The notes under the pieces are model-generated. The model made no database searches. It was not told the DNA's origin and saw only the letters and a program-made list of their open reading frames with translations. This document shows, one piece after another, positions 60,565 to 64,000 of a DNA stretch of 64,000 bases. Within the stretch, counting starts at the first letter, position 1, and each line of letters begins with the position of its first letter. Both the position numbers and the translations under genes were made by a program. Location: NCBI GenBank assembly GCA_965215185.1, contig OZ244034.1:1472001-1536000 (forward strand). The letters are read 5' to 3'. The DNA is from Acidimicrobiia bacterium. GTDB lineage: Bacteria > Actinomycetota > Acidimicrobiia > Spongiisociales > ZC4RG35.

Positions 60565-61728
60565 CTAATCCTCCAGGAACTCCATCAATCCGCTGGAGAA
60601 ACGTTGGTGACGGATCTTGGAAAGAGCCTTTCGCTCCATCTGACGGATCCTTTCCTTGGTGACCCGGAACCGCTTGGAAAGCTCTCCAAGCGTCCAGACC
60701 CTGCCGTCCTCCAACCCGAACCGAAGTCTCAGGATCTCTTGTTCCCTGGGCCGCAGGTTCTTCAACACAAAGGCCAGACGCTTTTGCAGGAACGCCAGAG
60801 TGGCGGCGTCGAACGGATCCTCGGCGGTCAAGTCTTCAACCAGATCTCCCACTGTGGTGCCGTCCTCCTCCGACCCCACCGGATCCTGCAGCGAAACCGC
60901 CCGCTGTGAAATCCTGAGCATCTGCTCCACCCGGGAGGACGGTATCTCCAAACGGGAGGCCAACTCGCCGGTGGTGGGAGGCCGACCTTGCTGCTGGGTC
61001 ATCTCCCGTCGAGCCTCGTTGAGAACAGGCACCATCGCGGCCAGGTGAGCGGGTAGCCTGATGGCCCGGGATTGTTCAGCGAACATCCGGATCATGGGTA
61101 GCCTTATCCACCAGGCGGCATAGGTGGAGAAACGAAAACCTCGACGGTGATCGAAACGCTCGGCGGCCTTCATCAACCCAAGATTGCCCTCCTGAATCAA
61201 ATCCAGCAGATTCGCCCCATTCATCGATCCGAAGGTCTTGCGGGCGATAGCAACCACCAACCGCAGGTTTGACTCGACCAGGCTGTGGTAAGCCCGCTCG
61301 CCCTTCGCCGCCCTGGCAGCCAGTTCTCGGCGCTGCCCGGCCGACAGCCCTTGTTCTTTCAGCCTCTCCCGAGCCTGGGCGCCGTTTTCGATCTGTACCG
61401 CCAACTCCACTTCCTGTTCAGGCTGGAGTAGGGAGTAACGACCGATCTCTTTCAAATAGAGGCTGACCGGATCAGCGATCTTCGAGGACTTCTCCTCTAG
61501 CGGACGTCCGCGTCTTTCCCCAACCTCCTCCACTTCTTCCACCACCCGGATCCCCTCCTCGACCAGCCGGCTCATCAATTCGTCCCATCTGCGCTCGTCT
61601 TCGGCTTGATCACCATCGAGGCCATCCAGATCCGCCATCAATTCGGAAGCGGTGAGAAAACCGCGCTGGCGTCCGCGGCGAAGGATCATCCCCACCCGCG
61701 CCTCGAAGTCCCCTCCCATCTCGCTCAT
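60565..61728 (-). CDS. RpoD-like sigma-70 factor with divergent region 2.4
   Basis: Region 1.1-like (RGRQRGFLT), DPVSLYLKEIG, SNLRLVV, DLIQEGNLGL and T.ERIRQ motifs. Coupled to dnaG. Confidence 0.88.
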   Translation of the reverse strand: MSEMGGDFEARVGMILRRGRQRGFLTASELMADLDGLDGDQAEDERRWDELMSRLVEEGIRVVEEVEEVGERRGRPLEEKSSKIADPVSLYLKEIGRYSLLQPEQEVELAVQIENGAQARERLKEQGLSAGQRRELAARAAKGERAYHSLVESNLRLVVAIARKTFGSMNGANLLDLIQEGNLGLMKAAERFDHRRGFRFSTYAAWWIRLPMIRMFAEQSRAIRLPAHLAAMVPVLNEARREMTQQQGRPPTTGELASRLEIPSSRVEQMLRISQRAVSLQDPVGSEEDGTTVGDLVEDLTAEDPFDAATLAFLQKRLAFVLKNLRPREQEILRLRFGLEDGRVWTLGELSKRFRVTKERIRQMERKALSKIRHQRFSSGLMEFLED

Positions 61729-63536
61729 GCCAGGTCTCCGGTCAACTCCTGACGACGGCGCTCCAACTGAACGAACCGTTTCAACAGTGGTGGGCGCCGG
61801 GGATCATCAGGGGAAAACGACCTCATCTGCGCTCCGAGAGCGTCCGTCTCCCGACGCAGCGCCTCCCGGCGACACCGGATCACCATCGGCCGGGGGTCGC
61901 CAGGCTCCAACTTATCCAAAGAGATCTCCAACAGCACCCTGCGTATCTGCTCTGAAGCGACTGGCATTTGTTCCTCATCACCTTCCGACAACTCCTCCTG
62001 CCGCCAGGAAATGGGGGTGGGCTGGCCCAGCGGGGTGGCCCTCCAATCGGCTTCTATATCTTCGAATGCCCTCCGGTACAGACCCTCGGCAAAAAGGGTC
62101 CCGTCCACCTCCAACTCCCGAAGATCCGGATGGTTGAACAGCACCGCTTTCAGCAACTCCCGTTCCACCGCCGATCCCCGATCGGTGGGCCTGCTCCGGC
62201 TCGAAGCCGGATCTCGTCGGTCGACAGAACGATCCACCCCTTGTGTCCTGCCGCCCCGACGCACCACCTCTTTGATCTCCGAGATGTCCAAACCCGTACC
62301 CCGCGACAACTCCTGTTCGTATGCGACTCTGGTTGCCGTATCGCTCACATTGGCTACCAGCGCCCCCAACTCGTTCACCGCCCGCGCTCGAGATTCGGGA
62401 TTGGTGGGGTCCACTTGCGCCAATCGTCGCTCAATTCGAAACTGGAGGACCGGGCGGGCGCTTTGCACCGCCGAGCGCAGCTCCTCCAAGCGGTCGTCTT
62501 GGAGCAGGTCGGCCGGATCCTTCCCGTCGGGCAATTCGGCCACCCGCAAATCAAGCCGCCGACCACTTCGGCGACTCACCCGCTCACCTCTCAGCACCGC
62601 ATCGGATCCAGCCCGGTCGGCGTCGAAGGCCAACACGATCCGCCCCCCCAGCCTGCCCAGCACCTCCAGGTGGTCTTCTCCCAGCGCCGTGCCGCAAGTG
62701 GCCACCGCCGACTCCATTCCCGCTTGGTGGAGGGCGATGACATCGGTGTATCCCTCCACCACCACCGCCTGATCGGTGCGGCTTATCTCTCTTCGCGCCA
62801 AATGCTGTCCGTACAAGAGCCGGGACTTGTGATAAAGAGGAGTCTCCGGAGAGTTGAGATACTTGGGCCCCGTCCCACTCATCAGCCGGGCGCCAAATCC
62901 CACCGGATCGCCGCGCAGATCGTAAATGGGGAACATGATGCGACCCCAGAAGCGGTCCCGCAGCTCGCCAGGCCCGCGCCTCACCGTCAGCCCGGCCCGC
63001 TCCATCATCGCATCCGCAACCCCCGCCGACCGCAATTCGGTTCTCAGGGACGGTTCTTCCCATGGCGAAAAACCCAGAGCGAATTTCTCTACCACCGAGC
63101 GATCGTACCCGCGGGATCGAAGGTAGGCCCGGGCCGGTCCGGCATCGGGGCCCGACAACAACCGCTTGGTGTAGAAGTCCACAGCTCGGCGCATCACCCC
63201 CACCAAGCGCTCCCGCTCCTGGGCCGCCCGTCCGTCTCCCGGACGGTTGGTCAAGACAATCCCGGCCTGTCTCGCCAGGGTTTGCAGAGCCTCGGGAAAG
63301 GAAAGACCTTGGGTCTCCTGGACCAGGGTGAACACATCACCGCCCTTATGGCACCCATGGCAGAAAAACAAACCCCGCGCCGGGTCTATCGACAGCGACG
63401 GAGTCTTCTCCTGATGGAAAGGACACAACGCCATGTAGCTGCGTCCCGATCTCTTCACCTTGGTTACAGCCGCGAACTGTTCCACCAGATTGACCCCTGC
63501 CCTAACCCGGTCCCGATCATCTTCCCCCCTTGTCAT
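61725..63536 (-). CDS. dnaG: DNA primase
   Basis: CPFHQEKTPS, C.GC, KYLNSPET, VEGYTDV and FDAD.AG motifs. Confidence 0.97.
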   Translation of the reverse strand: MTRGEDDRDRVRAGVNLVEQFAAVTKVKRSGRSYMALCPFHQEKTPSLSIDPARGLFFCHGCHKGGDVFTLVQETQGLSFPEALQTLARQAGIVLTNRPGDGRAAQERERLVGVMRRAVDFYTKRLLSGPDAGPARAYLRSRGYDRSVVEKFALGFSPWEEPSLRTELRSAGVADAMMERAGLTVRRGPGELRDRFWGRIMFPIYDLRGDPVGFGARLMSGTGPKYLNSPETPLYHKSRLLYGQHLARREISRTDQAVVVEGYTDVIALHQAGMESAVATCGTALGEDHLEVLGRLGGRIVLAFDADRAGSDAVLRGERVSRRSGRRLDLRVAELPDGKDPADLLQDDRLEELRSAVQSARPVLQFRIERRLAQVDPTNPESRARAVNELGALVANVSDTATRVAYEQELSRGTGLDISEIKEVVRRGGRTQGVDRSVDRRDPASSRSRPTDRGSAVERELLKAVLFNHPDLRELEVDGTLFAEGLYRRAFEDIEADWRATPLGQPTPISWRQEELSEGDEEQMPVASEQIRRVLLEISLDKLEPGDPRPMVIRCRREALRRETDALGAQMRSFSPDDPRRPPLLKRFVQLERRRQELTGDLA

Positions 63537-63607
63537 ATCACCACCCCCGACTACCGGTCGTCTCGAGTCCCATGACCGCCATATGTAGACATTAAGTGAC
63601 CAAAATC

Positions 63608-64000
63608 CTAGCCTGACCGCGTCGCCACGAAGCCAAATTCCAGACCAATTTCATCGGCCACGTTAGCCACAAAGGGAACCGAGGGGATCGACAAGTTGAA
63701 ATCAGAGCGCAGCACGGTGGCAGAAGCCTCACCCACCAGTCGACCATCTGCCTCGAAGCGGGCCACCACTGCGAAGGTGACCGGGCGGGTCAGGTCACGT
63801 ACCGTGAGTTCTCCCTCCACCGTAAAGCGCCATTCCCCTCCCGATTCCAAAGCTTCCGGCAGACCGATGACCTCCAGCGGTGAGAAGGTGATGAACTCGT
63901 ATTGCTCGGCGGCGAGAATCGGGCCCCGGATGGCGCGATCGCGGTTGGAGGCGTCGGTTTCGAAGGTGCGAGCGTTGATGAGAATGTCCCCCATCTGCAA
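63608..64000 (-). CDS. YceI family protein (C-terminal part; start outside window)
   Basis: RD..I...IL...YE.ITF, GELTVRD.T.PV and RSDF motifs. Confidence 0.8.
   Translation of the reverse strand: MQMGDILINARTFETDASNRDRAIRGPILAAEQYEFITFSPLEVIGLPEALESGGEWRFTVEGELTVRDLTRPVTFAVVARFEADGRLVGEASATVLRSDFNLSIPSVPFVANVADEIGLEFGFVATRSG

Noticed and set aside
61968-63575. 535-aa antisense ORF opposite dnaG (and similar ones opposite recG, smc and plsX)
   Set aside because: Shadow ORFs fully overlapping well-supported housekeeping genes.

Overview
GC-rich actinobacterial chromosome segment. Gene content points to class Acidimicrobiia (cofDE, WhiB, plsX, deoB, an SLH surface protein); a host-associated lifestyle is possible but only inferred. 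Most of the window is housekeeping: pgi, DUF5719 and a GT2, cofDE, birA with an acyl-CoA carboxylase, a Liv-type ABC transporter, the F0F1 ATP synthase operon, glyA, cdd, ftsY, smc, mutM, rnc, plsX, rpmF, coaD, rsmD, recG, rpmB, ppc, nucleoside salvage, etfBA, amtB, dnaG with a sigma factor, and a partial yceI. The left end, beside tRNA-Val(TAC), holds island-like remnants: a Fic N-terminus and a broken DUF6036-type toxin-antitoxin-like pair. Five things stand out. (1) An ECF sigma factor is fused to an ArsC/LMW-phosphatase domain whose active site has degenerated; upstream lies a frameshifted anti-sigma-like membrane gene with an ECF-type promoter. (2) A substrate-binding lipoprotein is built from two 1149-nt copies that are identical except for one 12-nt patch. 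(3) Third codon positions in the repeated DNA are strongly polarised, G/T at the 5' end and C/A at the 3' end. (4) A whiB7/wblC-like gene carries a complete uORF-plus-terminator attenuator. (5) The dnaG-linked RpoD-like sigma has a rewritten -10 recognition helix. All family calls come from motif recognition by eye; no database searches were run.
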